A stretch of 64,000 nucleotides of DNA from Macrostomum hystrix (GCA_950097015.1 CATNEN010000024.1:186001-250000); one strand, 5' to 3'. Shown: positions 26,482 to 39,914, counted from the first letter of the stretch. Numbers and translations are program-made. Notes: generated from the sequence alone by a model not told the origin.

Positions 26482-26548
26482 GGGGCGAGTGGGTCAGCGG
26501 CTAGCGTCGCTGCCTCGCACTCCAATGGACGCTAGTTCGATTCTCCCT
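26482..26548 (+). mobile_element. tRNA-like SINE head
   Basis: A-box-like TGGGTCAGCGG and B-box-like AGTTCGATTC at tRNA-like spacing; no full acceptor stem seen. Confidence 0.45.
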
Positions 26549-27090
26549 TTAAGTCACGATTAATTTCGGGACCTGTTGGAGGGTTTGGACAGTAGCGACC
26601 GGCGGAGGTGCGCCATATTTCGTGCAATCAAAGCTTGAAATAATAGCTTCGCTCCTACCTTCTGTGTGCCTGTTCTGCGTTGTGTGAGTTGTGTGCGTTG
26701 GCGCTGGGGCGTGAGGCCTTGCAGTGGGGGTGGCTGGGGGGCGGGTGTACACCGCCGCGCGCTTTCTGGATTTCCGTCAGCACGATTGGATAAGTGTACA
26801 CTCATCACCCGGCCCCCCTGAGGACTGATCTCTTATCAGCCTTCCGCCCCGGCTTGGTCTGCTCTGTGCGTCTGGGGCTGGGGTGGGGGGCACTGCTGCC
26901 TATTCTGGGTGCCTCCTGCCCTCCCCGGCTGGTCTGTGCTGCTGTGTGTGGTGCCTGCTCAGGGGAGGCGGCGCAATGGGCGCTAAGCGCCTAGTTCGCC
27001 GGTCTGGGGGCGTGCCGCTCCGTCGCTTGTGCTACAAGTGCCCCGGGCTCCCCTGCAAATAGAAATAGAGTGGGTATTTGAACTACCCCG

Positions 27091-27200
27091 TGGTCTTACC
27101 CCAGGGAGGGGGGATAGCGTGGTCTGTGGTCTTACCCCAGGGAGGGGGGATAGCGTGGTCTGTGGTCTTACCCCAGGGAGGGGGATAGCGTGGTCTTTCT
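27091..27200. repeat. 36-bp tandem repeat x3
   Basis: TGGTCTTACCCCAGGGAGGGG at 27091, 27127, 27163. Confidence 0.85.
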
Positions 27201-27884
27201 TAAAAGTCACTGCAGTTCCTGCACATGTGCCGATGACAATAAAACAACTAAAGCACAGTTGGCTTAACAATAACAAACAATAATAATAATAAACACATGC
27301 TAACCAGATCCTCAATACCGGACAATGAGACTTCATTTTCCTCATCCAGCTTCTCCTAGACTAAATCGCTGGGATAATAATCTGATGAAATACGAGTATA
27401 TGGCACAGATCATTTTTGAGCCATATGGCAACTCATAAATGCAGGGATGGAAGATGGAACCGAAAAATTGATGCTACAAGCCCCAGTTGCTAGACAGAAA
27501 ATCATAATTTATCCCATTACGGGAACAATGGGAGATTTACCAACTCGCCCCACAAAAACAGTACCAACCGAGGAAGCAGCAGACCAATGGCCCTGTCCTC
27601 CCTTTCCATCACTTTTTTCTGAAGAGAGGAAACTATTTAGAAGGTGAGAAATCTCAGGTAGACCAAGCAGCGGGACGTGGCACGACAGCAGACTCCTCGA
27701 CAACAGAGGGGACTATGGGATTTCCTGGGGACTATGGGAATACTGGAAAATCACTGCACGCGAGAGCTATAGAAGAGATTTTGGAGGCCATCTGCCACAG
27801 AAAAAAAACTGGGGAGATTTACAAAACAAACGGCATGCGACACACACGAGCCAAGCAAGAATCGTTTAGATTGGTCGCCTCTGC

Positions 27885-28023
27885 CAGCCAATGGGAGGCG
27901 GCCGGGACCCGCGAGAGCCGCCAGGGGGAGGGGGCGAGGCCCGGCTAGATAAGGAGGCGCCACGTGGCTGGCGGCAGGTCGGCAGGGATCACAAGTTTGA
28001 GAACGCAAGCCGAACACGTGACC
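27885..28023 (+). promoter_or_regulatory. Putative proximal promoter of ASCL copy A (CCAAT, palindromic GCCACGTGGC, second CACGTG)
   Basis: CCAAT near 27888, GCCACGTGGC at 27959-27968, CACGTG at 28015-28020; all conserved in copy B. Confidence 0.4.
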
Positions 28024-28599
28024 ATGTCATCATCAACAGTGTCAGCAGTGTCAACAGCGGCTTCGGCCTCGGCCTCTGCGGCAGCGGCGGACAGGCAGCA
28101 CCTGCCGGTGCCAGCCTTCCTGCGACTGCAGCAGCTCCGGGCAGGCGACACCGCTGCGGCGGGCGCGCCGAGGCAGCCGCTGGGCGAGCGCAGCAGCAAC
28201 CTCCCGCCGGCGCGGCCTCAGCAGCTGAAGCAACAGCAACAGCAGCACCAGCAGCAGCAACAGCAGCAGCAGCAGCCTGGCTCGGAGGCCGTCAAGTCGG
28301 CAGTCGCCCGACCTGCGGCGGCCGCCTCGTCGATGCAGCGCCGAAATCAGCGCGAGCGGAACCGCGTCAAGCTGCTCAACCTGGGCTTCGAGCGGCTCCG
28401 TCAGCTGGTGCCGAGCGATGACGGCCAGCGGCTGAGCAAGATCGCCACCCTGAGGGCCGCCATCGCCTACATCCGCAGCCTGCAGGAGCTGCTGGATCAG
28501 GACGACTGCGGCGGCGACTCCGGCAACTCTGGCGACTCCTGGATGCTGCCGTGCGAGTCGACGACCGGCGACCCCGCAGCCGGCGATGTCGGCCAGTAG
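28024..28599 (+). CDS. ASCL: Achaete-scute family bHLH transcription factor, copy A (191 aa, intronless, polyQ)
   Basis: b[28 protein letters not shown]...[21 protein letters not shown] matches the achaete-scute consensus. First ATG at 28024 (the track ORF starts at an upstream non-ATG codon). Confidence 0.93.
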   Translation: MSSSTVSAVSTAASASASAAAADRQHLPVPAFLRLQQLRAGDTAAAGAPRQPLGERSSNLPPARPQQLKQQQQQHQQQQQQQQQPGSEAVKSAVARPAAAASSMQRRNQRERNRVKLLNLGFERLRQLVPSDDGQRLSKIATLRAAIAYIRSLQELLDQDDCGGDSGNSGDSWMLPCESTTGDPAAGDVGQ

Positions 28600-29351
28600 C
28601 CGCAGCCGCCAAGGAGCTCCTGGGCGATGTCCCGTCAGCACTCTCAGCTGCTCTTCTCTCTGCTCAAAATCTTCTTCGTGGCGCCTTTGGCGGCCCTTCA
28701 AATCGCTTGGGTTCAGACCGACTTTTTCTGTTGCTGCCTTTTTCTCACCTGCGGCTTTTGCTGCGTGCTTTCAGATTTCATGTTAGGCATTTCCACTGCG
28801 CGTTCTGGGATTTCCTGTTTTTAGGATTTTTCCTGTTTTTCTTTAGGATTTTTCTGTGCTCAGATGACTTTGCTTTTTTAGGATTTTTTAGTTTTTCAGA
28901 ACTTTTCTACTTTCTTAGATTTCTCCAATAGATTTTTATAGGTTTTTATTTTGTATTCCGGTACGCTCGAAGATTAGAATTTTTTCAATTCAAGATTGCA
29001 TCTTTTTCGTCTCGCTTTCGCTATCCTAAGCATATCTGCTTAAACTGTTTGTTACAATTTATTTTTTCTCTGATCAGATATTTTCTTTAGTTTTCGATAG
29101 CTGTCGAATATTGCTTATTTTTTGTGAGTGTTGTGTACTAGCCAATATGCAACTATCGATGTTATGCACTTAGTGTAATTGCTATTGTTTGTACTTTATA
29201 ATATGAAATTTTATCAACTCAGCCTTACTCAATACACTTTTATTAAGTCTCGCTTCTGTATAATTTCAGTTTGTACAGAAAAAATACAAAACCTCGAAAT
29301 TAAAAATACAAAATTTTGCACGAAAGCTAATAAAAAACTATATTTGACTGG

Positions 29352-30150
29352 TGTATCTCTCTCAGTCACTCTATATCTCTCTCAGTCACTCTGTACCTCT
29401 CTCACTCACTCTGTACCTCTCTCAGTCACTCTATATCTCTCTCAGTCACTCTGTACCTCTCTCACTCACTCTGTACCTCTCTCACTCACTCTGTACCTCT
29501 CCCAGTCACTCTGTACCTCTCCCAGTCACTCTGTACCTCTCCCAGTCACTCTGTACCTCTCTCACTCACTCTGTACCTCTCTCACTCACTCTGTACCTCT
29601 CTCACTCACTCTGTACCTCTCTCACTCACTCTGTACCTCTCTCACTCACTCTGTACCTCTCTCACTCACTCTGTACCTCTCTCACTCACTCTGTACCTCT
29701 CTCACTCACTCTATATCTCTCTCAGTCACTCTATATCTCTCTCAGTCACTCTATATCTCTCTCAACCACTCTATATCTCTCTCACTCACTCTGTACCTCT
29801 CCCAGTCACTCTGTACCTCTCTCACTCACTCTGTACCTCTCTCACTCACTCTGTACCTCTCTCACTCACTCTATATCTCTCTCAGTCACTCTATATCTCT
29901 CTCAGTCACACTATATCTCTCTCAGTCACTCTATATCTCTCTCAACCACTCTATATCTCTCTCACTCACTCTGTACCTCTCTCACTCACTCTGTACCTCT
30001 CTCACTCACTCTGTACCTCTCTCACTCACTCTGTACCTCTCTCACTCACTCTGTACCTCTCTCACTCACTCTGTACCTCTCTCACTCACTCTGTACCTCT
30101 CTCACTCACTCTCTACCTCTCTCAGGCACTCTATATCTCTCTCAGTCACT
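29352..30150. repeat. 20-bp pyrimidine-rich minisatellite (CTCACTCACTCTGTACCTCT)n
   Basis: Read directly. Confidence 0.95.
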
Positions 30151-30849
30151 CAGCATACCTCGTTATATCTCACTCCCACTGCATGCCATATCAGGCTTAA
30201 AAAGCTTTAAAAGCCAATTAAGAGTTGAAGGAATAAATTTGAAACTATGGTATTAGAAGGAAGTATAGCGCCTCTATCAACCTGCTCAATGTCGTGTATA
30301 ATCGATCAAATCTGTAGTTGATCTCTACAATTTCTAACACATGCCCAGCTATTAACAGTTGCGCAATCAACCTGTCCTCGCGCCGAACCCCCTAGGGGCT
30401 TGTGTGTGTGGTCGGCGAGAATTTCACAAAATTTTTTATTTGCTCACCGAAGCTTGAAAACTTAGCTCACAAATTGACAATAAATTTCATATTTTAGCCC
30501 GAAGCGGTCTGTCTGAAAATATCGGATAACACAGCTCGTGTCTATGTCCTAAGTATAAAGCAGTCATTAATTTCAAATTAGTGTATACTTCGCAGCATCC
30601 AGCAGGAAGATGACTGATTGGGAATTTTACAGCAGCAAGAATGCTTTTAGCAAAAAACTATTTTTGCAGAGATTTAACTGACAACAACAGCTGCTTTTTC
30701 TTAGAAAAATATTCCTAGATTGTAATGGGGGTGAGTGGCAGAGCGGGCTAACGCGTTTGCCTCTCGCACCAAGGTCCCTAAGCTCGATTCTGTGGCGAGG
30801 GCCGCATTAATTTGGGGCGCAGCAGCGGAGAGAAGGCTTGGGGGCTTGT

Positions 30850-31030
30850 CATGCAATTTACACCACTGAGGGCCAACCTCCAAGGCACAGTGAGAGTGTA
30901 CACAGCATGAAGATGAGAAAGTCAGGGCGGATGTACACACCTGTGTGCATGTGTGCTCAGGAGTCAGGTCTACTGTCACCAAATGATGTGCCATTGCCCA
31001 CAGCCCTCCTGCAATTATTAATATAATTAT
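30850..31030. repeat. Unclassified dispersed repeat, copy 2
   Basis: See 3328-3535. Confidence 0.8.
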
Positions 31031-31334
31031 TATTTTTCCCATTGCATGATATATTGGGAGATAGACGGATGTCTTATACATGGATGGTGTTATTTGTAGA
31101 CCTCCTGATAGTTTTTCAAATGCGATTGGCCAATCATAAATGTTGATACTATGCGAGCGTACGGAGTGACTTTAAGTCAAGCACACAGCGGCGCGTGTCA
31201 ACAAATCAGTTGTGGTTTAGTTGCCACGTGCCATCAAGTGGGTGTGGCATCTGTAGGCGGCGTGCAGTTCACTGCTTATTTAACGTCTGGGCTACTTTTC
31301 AATGAGGCTAAGCTGAGACAATTTAGCTGAGACG

Positions 31335-31625
31335 TGTGTGAGAGAAGGGGAGAAAGTAAGAGAGAGGGTGAGAGTGAGAGAAGGGGAGAAAGTAAGAGAG
31401 AGGGTGAGAGTGAGAGAAGGGGAGAAAGTAAGAGAGAGGGTGAGAGTGAGAGAGAGGGTGAGAGTGAGGGAGAGGGTGAGAGTGAGAGAGAGGGTGAGAG
31501 TGAGAGAGAGGGTGAGAGTGAGAGAGAGGGTGAGAGTGAGAGTGAGAGAGAGGGTGAGAGTGAGAGAGAGGGTGAGAGTGAGAGAGAGATGGTGAGAGTG
31601 ACAGAGAGATAGAGTGAAAGAGACA
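31335..31625. repeat. GA-rich minisatellite (GAGAGAGGGTGAGAGTGA)n
   Basis: Read directly. Confidence 0.9.
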
Positions 31626-33679
31626 GGGTGAGGCATTGTCAAGAGAATGCGGCTAAACCTTAGCGTGGAATATTTGTCGCTATGGTTAGTCCCAAAACGG
31701 CAACAGGTCCGATATGTTGTGAACAAAAAAATTTGAAACACAGGCGGCAAAGCAGCCAAAAATGAAAGAGTCATCGGAAGATTTTTTGTTAATTATCAAA
31801 GGATCAACAAAGAGAGACAAACAATGAACTTATGAATGAATTGAATGAGCGCGTTAGCTGTTCAGTTCTCAAGCATGCCAATTATGCCCACTCGATGCAG
31901 TCAGTAGTTGGCAGTGCCTGGCGCACTTGGGATTATAGTTGCAGATCTGCACTAACAAAAGCTATAGAATTTGATTATTATCATTATTATTGGGCTACTT
32001 GGGGAGAAAAAGAACAACGGACTGGAACGAACAAAAAGACGAACTAGAACACCGTTTTTTGCCGAAGCCGCCCCAGGGGTAAAAATTATTATAGTTACCT
32101 CTCATTTATGACAACTTTTTTTCCCCAAATCCCAAATTCCCTTAGCTTGGAAGGCCTTGGGGGTGGCTGGGGGGCAGGGCCTTCACAGCATGGGATCAAG
32201 GAGTGCATTGGGAAAATGTCACCGGGAACCTACAGTTTATAACTGTAGGTGTGGGATAAGTGGCGCTGATGACCCCCCGTTGGTCTACTATGCAGATAAG
32301 AGCAAAAAAACCTGAGCAGGCAGGTAACAAAGGGATAAAAACACGGGAAGTAGCAGGCTTAGTGCCCTACTGCATTTGCAATTTCCCAATGCGAAATCCC
32401 GCTGTGAGCCTCAGCCTCAGCCTAGTGATGAGAGCTGCAGATAGACTGTCCAAACGTTTTTTGTCATAACTGTCTGATTTCTCTATAATTTTCCAGACGC
32501 TCCGATTATGATCTTCCGGCTGCTGAGCTATTGTCTAGACAGACTGACAATATATCGAGAAAATACAATTAAAGTGCAGGTGGAAACAGAACACGAGATT
32601 ATGCGAATGAGAGAAGAGAGACTGGGAGAGAGAATAATGAGCACGGAATATCTGACGAAAGAAGCAATAAGAAGAACAAGAAGACACAGTAATCCAAGAC
32701 AGAACTCTAGAACTATTCAAAAGCAGACGGACAAGACCGTTCAATCAATCTAAAGGCCTATATCCACACCGCTAATACAGATCAGTGAAGTAGTGTGGAA
32801 CGCAGCGTGAGAAAAGTCGGTCGCGGCCAGACCCGGCAAATATTTACTGGGGTTCCCGCACAAACACGAGCAATTGGAAATGGTTAAAAGGAAGGGGAAG
32901 AATTCAAAATTGGGTCGTGCTCAGTGAGACGGCCCTGTTGATGACGAGTGAGAATTCTGTGCTCAGTCTCAGACTCTCAGACTGTCATGGACAGAAAGAA
33001 AAGACAAACAACACTCTGAGAAAGTTTTTATTGATCCACACACTTGGGTAGACTCAATGGGATAACAGTCGATGGTCCAAGAAAAGGGTAAGTGGAAGTA
33101 AGTTAAGGGAAAATTATTCTGCTTTTGAGGGAATTTCAGTTGTGACAGATGTTTGCCAAAGCTTAAGGATCTTGTTTGCATCTCCCCTAATAGAAATAGG
33201 TGAGTCCTTTGAGTCTGCGATTGCTGTGAACCTTGGGGGATATCAGAGGGAAAATGGAACCTTTTGCTCAGCTGTTTTCATCATTAGCGCTAAATCCCAT
33301 AAGGTCGAGTCGGGGTCTCCCAGAGGCCATTGAGGGGATCGTAAAATCATAATTTTATTATTTAGTTCGCGATGCTAACACACGGATTGAACACAATGAT
33401 AGGTGCAATAACTTTTTTACCTGGAAGTGGTACTAAAAAAGAAATAAATGGCTAATTTAGGACTCAAATTTATTGAGACAATTGAGACAGGAATGAGAAG
33501 GCCAAGAAAAATACTGTTCGCTTCAAAAAAGTAGCCGACAATTTTACGACCGAAAGAGCATAAACGCTATCCATGCTCATGCTCACTGTGAATCATGTCA
33601 GAAAAGGGAGATTCTCAACTCAGCCTTTTAACTAAAATGATCCCCAAAAAACTTTCATAATCCCAAAATGACTCAAATA

Positions 33680-34740
33680 ATCCTCAAATGACTCTCCTGA
33701 TCCTCAAATGACTCTCCTGATCCTTAAATGACTCTCCTGATCCTCAAATGACTCTCCTGATCCTCAAATGACTCTCCTGATCCTCAAATGACTCTCCTGA
33801 TCCTCAAATGACTCTCCTGATCCTCAAATGACTCTCCTGATCCTCAAATGACTCTCCTGATCCTTAAATGGCTCTCCTGATCCTCAAATGACTCTCCTGA
33901 TCCTCAAATGACTCTCCTGATCCTCAAATGACTCTCCTGATCCTCAAATGACTCTCCTGATCCTCAAATGACTCTCCTGATCCTTAAATGGCTCTCCTGA
34001 TCCTCAAATGACTCTCCTGATCCTCAAATGACTCTCCTGATCCTCAAATGACTCTCCTGATCCTCAAATGACTCTCCTGATCCTCAAATGACTCTCCTGA
34101 TCCTCAAATGACTCTCCTGATCCTTAAATTACTGTCACAATCCTCAAATGACGCTCATCGTCCTCAAATGATTAAAACCATAATTCTCCTCATCCTTCCA
34201 TGATCATCAAATGACTTTCACAATCCTTAAATGTCCCCTATGATCCTCAAATGACTCAAATGATCCTCAAATGACTCAAATGATCCTCAAATGACTCAAA
34301 TGATCCACAAATGACTCAAATGACTCAAATGATCCACAAATGACTCAAATGACTCAAATGATCCTCAAATGACTCTCCTGATCCTCAAATGACTCTCCTG
34401 ATCCTTAAATTACTGTCACAATCCTCAAATGACGCTCATCGTCCTCAAATGATTAAAACCATAATTCTCCTCATCCTTCCATGATCATCAAATGACTTTC
34501 ACAATCCTTAAATGTCCCCTATGATCCTCAAATGACTCAAATGATCCTCAAATGACTCAAATGATCCACAAATGACTCAAATGACTCAAATGATCCTCAA
34601 ATGACTTCCGTCATCCTCAAATGACTCAAATGATCCTCAAATGACTCAAATGATCCTCAAATGACTCAAATGATCCTCAAATGACTTCCGTCATCCTTAA
34701 ATGACTCCCATGATTGCAAAATGAGTCCCATGATCCTGAA
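33680..34740. repeat. 20-bp minisatellite (ATCCTCAAATGACTCTCCTG)n with degenerate, duplicated 3' part
   Basis: Homogeneous 33690-34130; a ~285-bp block is duplicated (about 34110-34330 and 34395-34600). Confidence 0.93.
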
Positions 34741-35967
34741 ATGAATTTAAGTTACTGTTTGTTAAAATAGTTTTAACTAGTACGACACCTCTTTTTAAAC
34801 TAAACGTAACTAGATAATTACTATTTTTCAGAATAAATGATGGTTCACTCAAATTTCATTTTTTGATCACGCAAGACTTTCAATTGATCATTTTGTTTGT
34901 CTGTTGTCAAACGCGAGCCTGGCACCCGCACAAACATCAAAGGGTTTGTCTTCCGTTTTTTCTCCCTAAAGTTTGACTCTCACTTCATGCAGAATAATTT
35001 GATATTAGTCGCTGACATTTATATGACCCTTCTTTACAACTTGTGCAGATACAAAAAGACACACGCACACACAGACTCAATTAAGAATTCAAATTATTTA
35101 ACACGGGTATGGACATATTTTTTGTTCTAGAGAATGGTGTCACGCGAAAATACGATACTTAACGGGTCTCAGTGCTATACCTGATCTTTTATATTATATC
35201 GCGGGCCATAGCAACCGTGCACAATATGCCACGGAGACCGAGCTCTGCAAACTCCAAGCGCGCATCTTTGCTGACATTTTCGGAATTTGGGGGAGGCCCC
35301 GTACGTATAGCAACCAATATTAGCGGATTGGAGCGGAAGTGGAAATGAGATCAGAATTCTAAATCTAGTAGTTAAGATGCGCGTTGAAATTAATAATTAA
35401 TTTCTTTGATTTCATCATCATTTCTTTCAGATTCAAAATCTTAGATAGTCAAATTATTATTTTTTTCATCGAAGCTTTATCCCTGAATAAGCAGCTGATC
35501 ACGCAACACACAGCTATATGCATATAATATGAACATTCACACACATTGATCAGCACCGAATGAGCAACTAGTAACGTTATTAAATTACTCTACAAATTAT
35601 GGACGTCACTTTGGTCAAGATAATTTGTTAGAAAAAACATCTATGCCGCAATGTGAAAAAAGCAGTGGATAATTACTGCGCATACAAATTTGAGTATCAA
35701 ATTGCTCAACTGTCCCATATATTATGTTGCGTTTCTTTCGATGAAACAATAATAAGTATATAGTAGTAATTTGACTCAGAAAAAAATGATGGAGATTGAA
35801 TTCTGATAGCAAACGCATAGTCTCAATAAATAATCATGGCCGATAAAAAAAGATTAATAAAGCTTTATCTTAGGGGCAGATGGTGCTCTGTTGATAGAGC
35901 AAAACTGGTCCGGCTTTTTTCAGTGCCAAATAAAAGAAAAACTTTATTGGTTTATCTCACGACAGAC

Positions 35968-36092
35968 TGGTGTGTGTGTGAGTGTGTGTGTGAGTGTGTG
36001 TGTGAGTGTGTGAGTGCGTGTGTGTGAGTGTGTGTGTGAGTGTGTGTGTGAGTGTGTGAGTGCGTGTGTGAGTGTGTGTGTGAGTGAGTGTG
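35968..36092. repeat. (GT)n/(GTGA) microsatellite
   Basis: Read directly. Confidence 0.9.
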
Positions 36093-36344
36093 TCGCAAAT
36101 AGCCATGCATTAATTCGAGCTCCTTGACCACTTAAGTCCTTATAGCCACTGAGTGAAATATTAGCATGCCATGCTAAGGTATAGGATTGAGAGATCATTT
36201 ATTTATTTGTAACAGTCCATTAGACTTGTGGCTGTTAAACAAATCTTATTGTAATGAAGAAAGTTTTTTTATCGCTCAGAAAATTCTGGATAAAAAAGGG
36301 AAAAAACTACCTTTTTACACGCACTTACAAACAATAACCAGAAA

Positions 36345-37018
36345 GCATATCATTGTCCTCTGTCCATCAGTAGCTAATGGGCATCATTCTCCTCTGTCCA
36401 TCAGTAGCTAATAGGCATCATTCTCCTCTGTCCATCAGTAGCTAATGGAGATTCTCCTCTGTCCATCAGTAGCTAATGGAGATTCTCCTCTGTCCATCAG
36501 TAGCTAATGGAGATTCTCCTCTGTCCATCAGTAGCTAATGGAGATTCTCCTCTGTCCATCAGTAGCTAATGGAGATTCTCCTCTGTCCATCAGTAGCTAA
36601 TGGAGATTCTCCTCTGTCCATCAGTAGCTAATGGAGATTCTCCTCTGTCCATCAGTAGCTAATGGAGATTCTCCTCTGTCCATCAGTAGCTAATAGCCAT
36701 TCTCCTCTGTCCATCAGTAGCTAATAGGCATCATTCTCCTCTGTCCATCAGTAGCTAATGGGCATCATTCTCCTCTGTCCATCAGTAGCTAATAGGTATC
36801 ATTCTCCTCTGTCCATCAGTAGCTAATGGGCATCATTCTCCTCTGTCCATCAGTAGCTAATAGACATTCTCCTCTGTCCATCAGTAGCTAATAGACATTC
36901 TCCTCTGTCCATCAGTAGCTAATAGGCATCATTCTCCTCTGTCCATCAGTAGCTAATAGGCATCATTCTCCTCTGTCCATCAGTAGCTAATGGGCATCAT
37001 TCTCCTCTGTCCATCAGT
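36345..37018. repeat. 30-33-bp minisatellite (ATTCTCCTCTGTCCATCAGTAGCTAATGGAG)n
   Basis: About 21 copies. Confidence 0.95.
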
Positions 37019-37569
37019 GAATAATCACAAATAACTGACAGACACGAAAATAAGTATATTGTGCTGTATAGACAAGAAGTAGAACTAACAAAACGACATT
37101 ATAATTTCTGTTATTTACTATATTTTATTACTTGTTACGATCTTCACGATATATTATTAGCATATTGTAAAGCAAATAGGTGAAACAAATACGAAATTAC
37201 GTATTTCACAGGGCTGGTGCATTTACGCAAAATATAAGATGTGCAACTCTCTACTACTAAATAGTTTCCATGGAGACTGTGACGCAAGTTACCAAGTTAT
37301 ACAAATACAAAATAGAGAAAAACACACAAGAATTGTGACGCGTGCCACAGTTAAATATCAAGTGACGCGAGTGTAAAAATGAACATTGACAAAAATGAGA
37401 GAAAATTATTTGAAGATCTAAAGTCGAAACAAGCATTTAGCACAAGAAAGAATGATCTAGAAATGGCTCCTGATTCTAGAAAATGTCTGATAGCTAAATA
37501 GAGATAAAAAGTCCTTTGTAAAAAACATGAAAAATGAAAATATGTCCTAAAATTATAATCCGAAAACGC

Positions 37570-37860
37570 AGAAATATCCTAAAAAGCAGGAAAAATCCTA
37601 AAAAGTGTCATCTGAGCACAGAAATATCCTAAAAAGCTGGAAACATCCTAAAAAGAGTCATCTGAGCACAGAAATATCCTAAAAAGCTGGAAAAATCCTA
37701 AAAAAGAGTCATCTGAGCACAGAAATATCCTAAAAAGCTGGAAAAATCCTAAAAAAGAGTCATCTGAGCACAGAAATATCCTAAAAAGCTGGAAAAATCC
37801 TAAAAAAGAGTCATCTGAGCACAGAAAAATCCTAAAGAAAAACAGGAAAAATCCTAAAAA
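37570..37860. repeat. ~51-bp tandem repeat (about 5 copies) derived from the ASCL 3' flank
   Basis: CATCTGAGCA at 37609, 37659, 37710, 37761, 37812; one copy only in the copy-A flank (~28850-28870, reverse complement). Confidence 0.85.
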
Positions 37861-38078
37861 CAGGAAATCCCAGAACGCGCAGTGGAAATGCCTAACATGA
37901 AATCTGAAAGCACGCAGCAAAAGCCGCAGGTGAGAAAAAAGCAGCAACAGAAAAAGTCGGTCTGAACCCAAGCGATTTGAAGGGCCGCCAAAGGCGCCAC
38001 GAAGAAGATTTTGAGCAGAGAGAAGAGCAGCTGAGAGTGCTGACGGGACATCGCCCAGGAGCTCCTTGGCGGCTGCGG

Positions 38079-38651
38079 CTACTGGCCGACATCGCCGGCT
38101 GCGGGGTCGCCGGTCGTCGACTCGCACGGCAGCATCCAGGAGTCGCCAGAGTTGCCGGAGTCGCCGCTGCAGTCGTCCTGATCCAGCAGCTCCTGCAGGC
38201 TGCGGATGTAGGCGATGGCGGCCCTCAGGGTGGCGATCTTGCTCAGCCGCTGGCCGTCATCGCTCGGCACCAGCTGACGGAGCCGCTCGAAGCCCAGGTT
38301 GAGCAGCTTGACGCGGTTCCGCTCGCGCTGATTTCGGCGCTGCATCGACGAGGCGGCCGCCGCGGGTCGGGCGACTGCCGACTTGACGGCCTCCGAGCCA
38401 GGCTGCTGCTGCTGCTGTTGCTGTTGCTGCTGCTGTTGCTGTTGCTTCAGCTGCTGCGGCCGCGCCGGCGGGAGGTTGCTGCTGCGCTCGCCCAGCGGCT
38501 GCCTCGGCGCGCCCGCCGCAGCGGTGTCGCCTGCCCGGAGCTGCTGCAGTCGCAGGAAGGCTGGCACCGGCAGGTGCTGCCTGTCCGCCGCTGCCGCAGA
38601 GGCCGAGGCCGAAGCCGCTGTTGACACTGCTGACACTGTTGATGATGACAT
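38079..38651 (-). CDS. ASCL: Achaete-scute family bHLH transcription factor, copy B (190 aa)
   Basis: Near-identical to copy A; Q14 instead of Q5-H-Q9, one G-to-S change (DDCSGD vs DDCGGD) and a few silent changes. ATG at 38651-38649. Confidence 0.93.
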   Translation of the reverse strand: MSSSTVSAVSTAASASASAAAADRQHLPVPAFLRLQQLRAGDTAAAGAPRQPLGERSSNLPPARPQQLKQQQQQQQQQQQQQQPGSEAVKSAVARPAAAASSMQRRNQRERNRVKLLNLGFERLRQLVPSDDGQRLSKIATLRAAIAYIRSLQELLDQDDCSGDSGNSGDSWMLPCESTTGDPAAGDVGQ

Positions 38652-39914
38652 GGTCACGTGTTCGGCTTGCGTTCTCAAACTTGTGATCCCTGCCGACCTG
38701 CCGCCAGCCACGTGGCGCCTCCTTATCTAGCCGGGCCTCGCCCCCCCCCTGGCAGCTCTCGCGGGTCCCGGCCGCCTCCCATTGGCTGTCCGACCACCCC
38801 CTTCCGATACTGAGTTCCAGAGCGGACAACTCCTTATCCCTTAGTTTGACTCCCATTTTTGGCGCGCGATGCCCTCAAGGTAATCGAAGCGAGTTCTCGT
38901 CATCAGCCCGCGATCTGGGAGAGAAGGAGGAACGGAGCGGCAGAACTGAGAGACAGCGGGCCAGCAGAGTTTCGGGGGCATTGGCCTGAGAACAAGTGGA
39001 TCTGCGCCAATTCTCGATTACCCCGGCCTGGCCTACAACAGCCCCCCTTGATAGGATTTTAGCACAACAGACGGTCGAGAGTCTATGCTCAGTGTTTTCC
39101 CCCCTATCCGCCAGTCTGAATAATATCCCCCTAACAGACGCGCGAGCCAGTCAGACGAAATGAAATGAAATTCCACCCGGCCCACTCGGCCCAATCTGTC
39201 GCTTCTTTGCTCGCGGGCCATAACTCATCGACCCTGACAGAAATAGCCTCAAAGCTTCTTATTATTAAGGCTTTGAGTCTGATGCCTTTGCAGACAAAGT
39301 CGGGATGGGGGAGTTAAGACTGCTAAGCTTTGGCTAAAAAATAGGACTCTCTGTTTGATCCCCGACTTAACTATATTACTGTATCTATACGTGAGCGGAT
39401 TCTAACGTTTCTCTGCTTGTGGCAGCAATCACACACACACTCACACACACACACACACCAATGTGTAAGCTGGCAAACACTATGACCAGATGCCAGATGG
39501 TCCCTTCATCACTTCTCATAAATAGATTCTTGTATAGGTCCACACGCAGCCTGTTTGGCTAATATATCAGTATACTATAACAAAGGCCAGTCAATATAGG
39601 TATAGATTATTCCCTTTACGTATAAACGCAGACCTATCAATTTGAAATCTGAACTGAAAGTTGATCTAGCATGTGTGATAAGTAATGGCTATTTATTTAT
39701 GAAAAATTTATGTAATCCTATATCGAATAATCTTAATATCATCTTAAAATGATTTAGTGTTTCTTTTTTATAGTTAATATTTGTTTTGAAGAAACCAGTT
39801 ATAATATCAAAGGATACATGAAATTTGACAATTAAAACAAAGACATGTGCAGTGACCTAGAGTCAAAGCATGGGAGACTTACGAGTGCGTGTCCTTTACT
39901 ATCTTCCCTGACTC

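Noticed and set aside
28051-28701. 216-aa antisense ORF over ASCL (and its mirror at 37977-38624, plus other overlapping frames)
   Set aside because: Shadow ORFs expected from GC-rich coding sequence; conserved between copies only because the DNA is duplicated.
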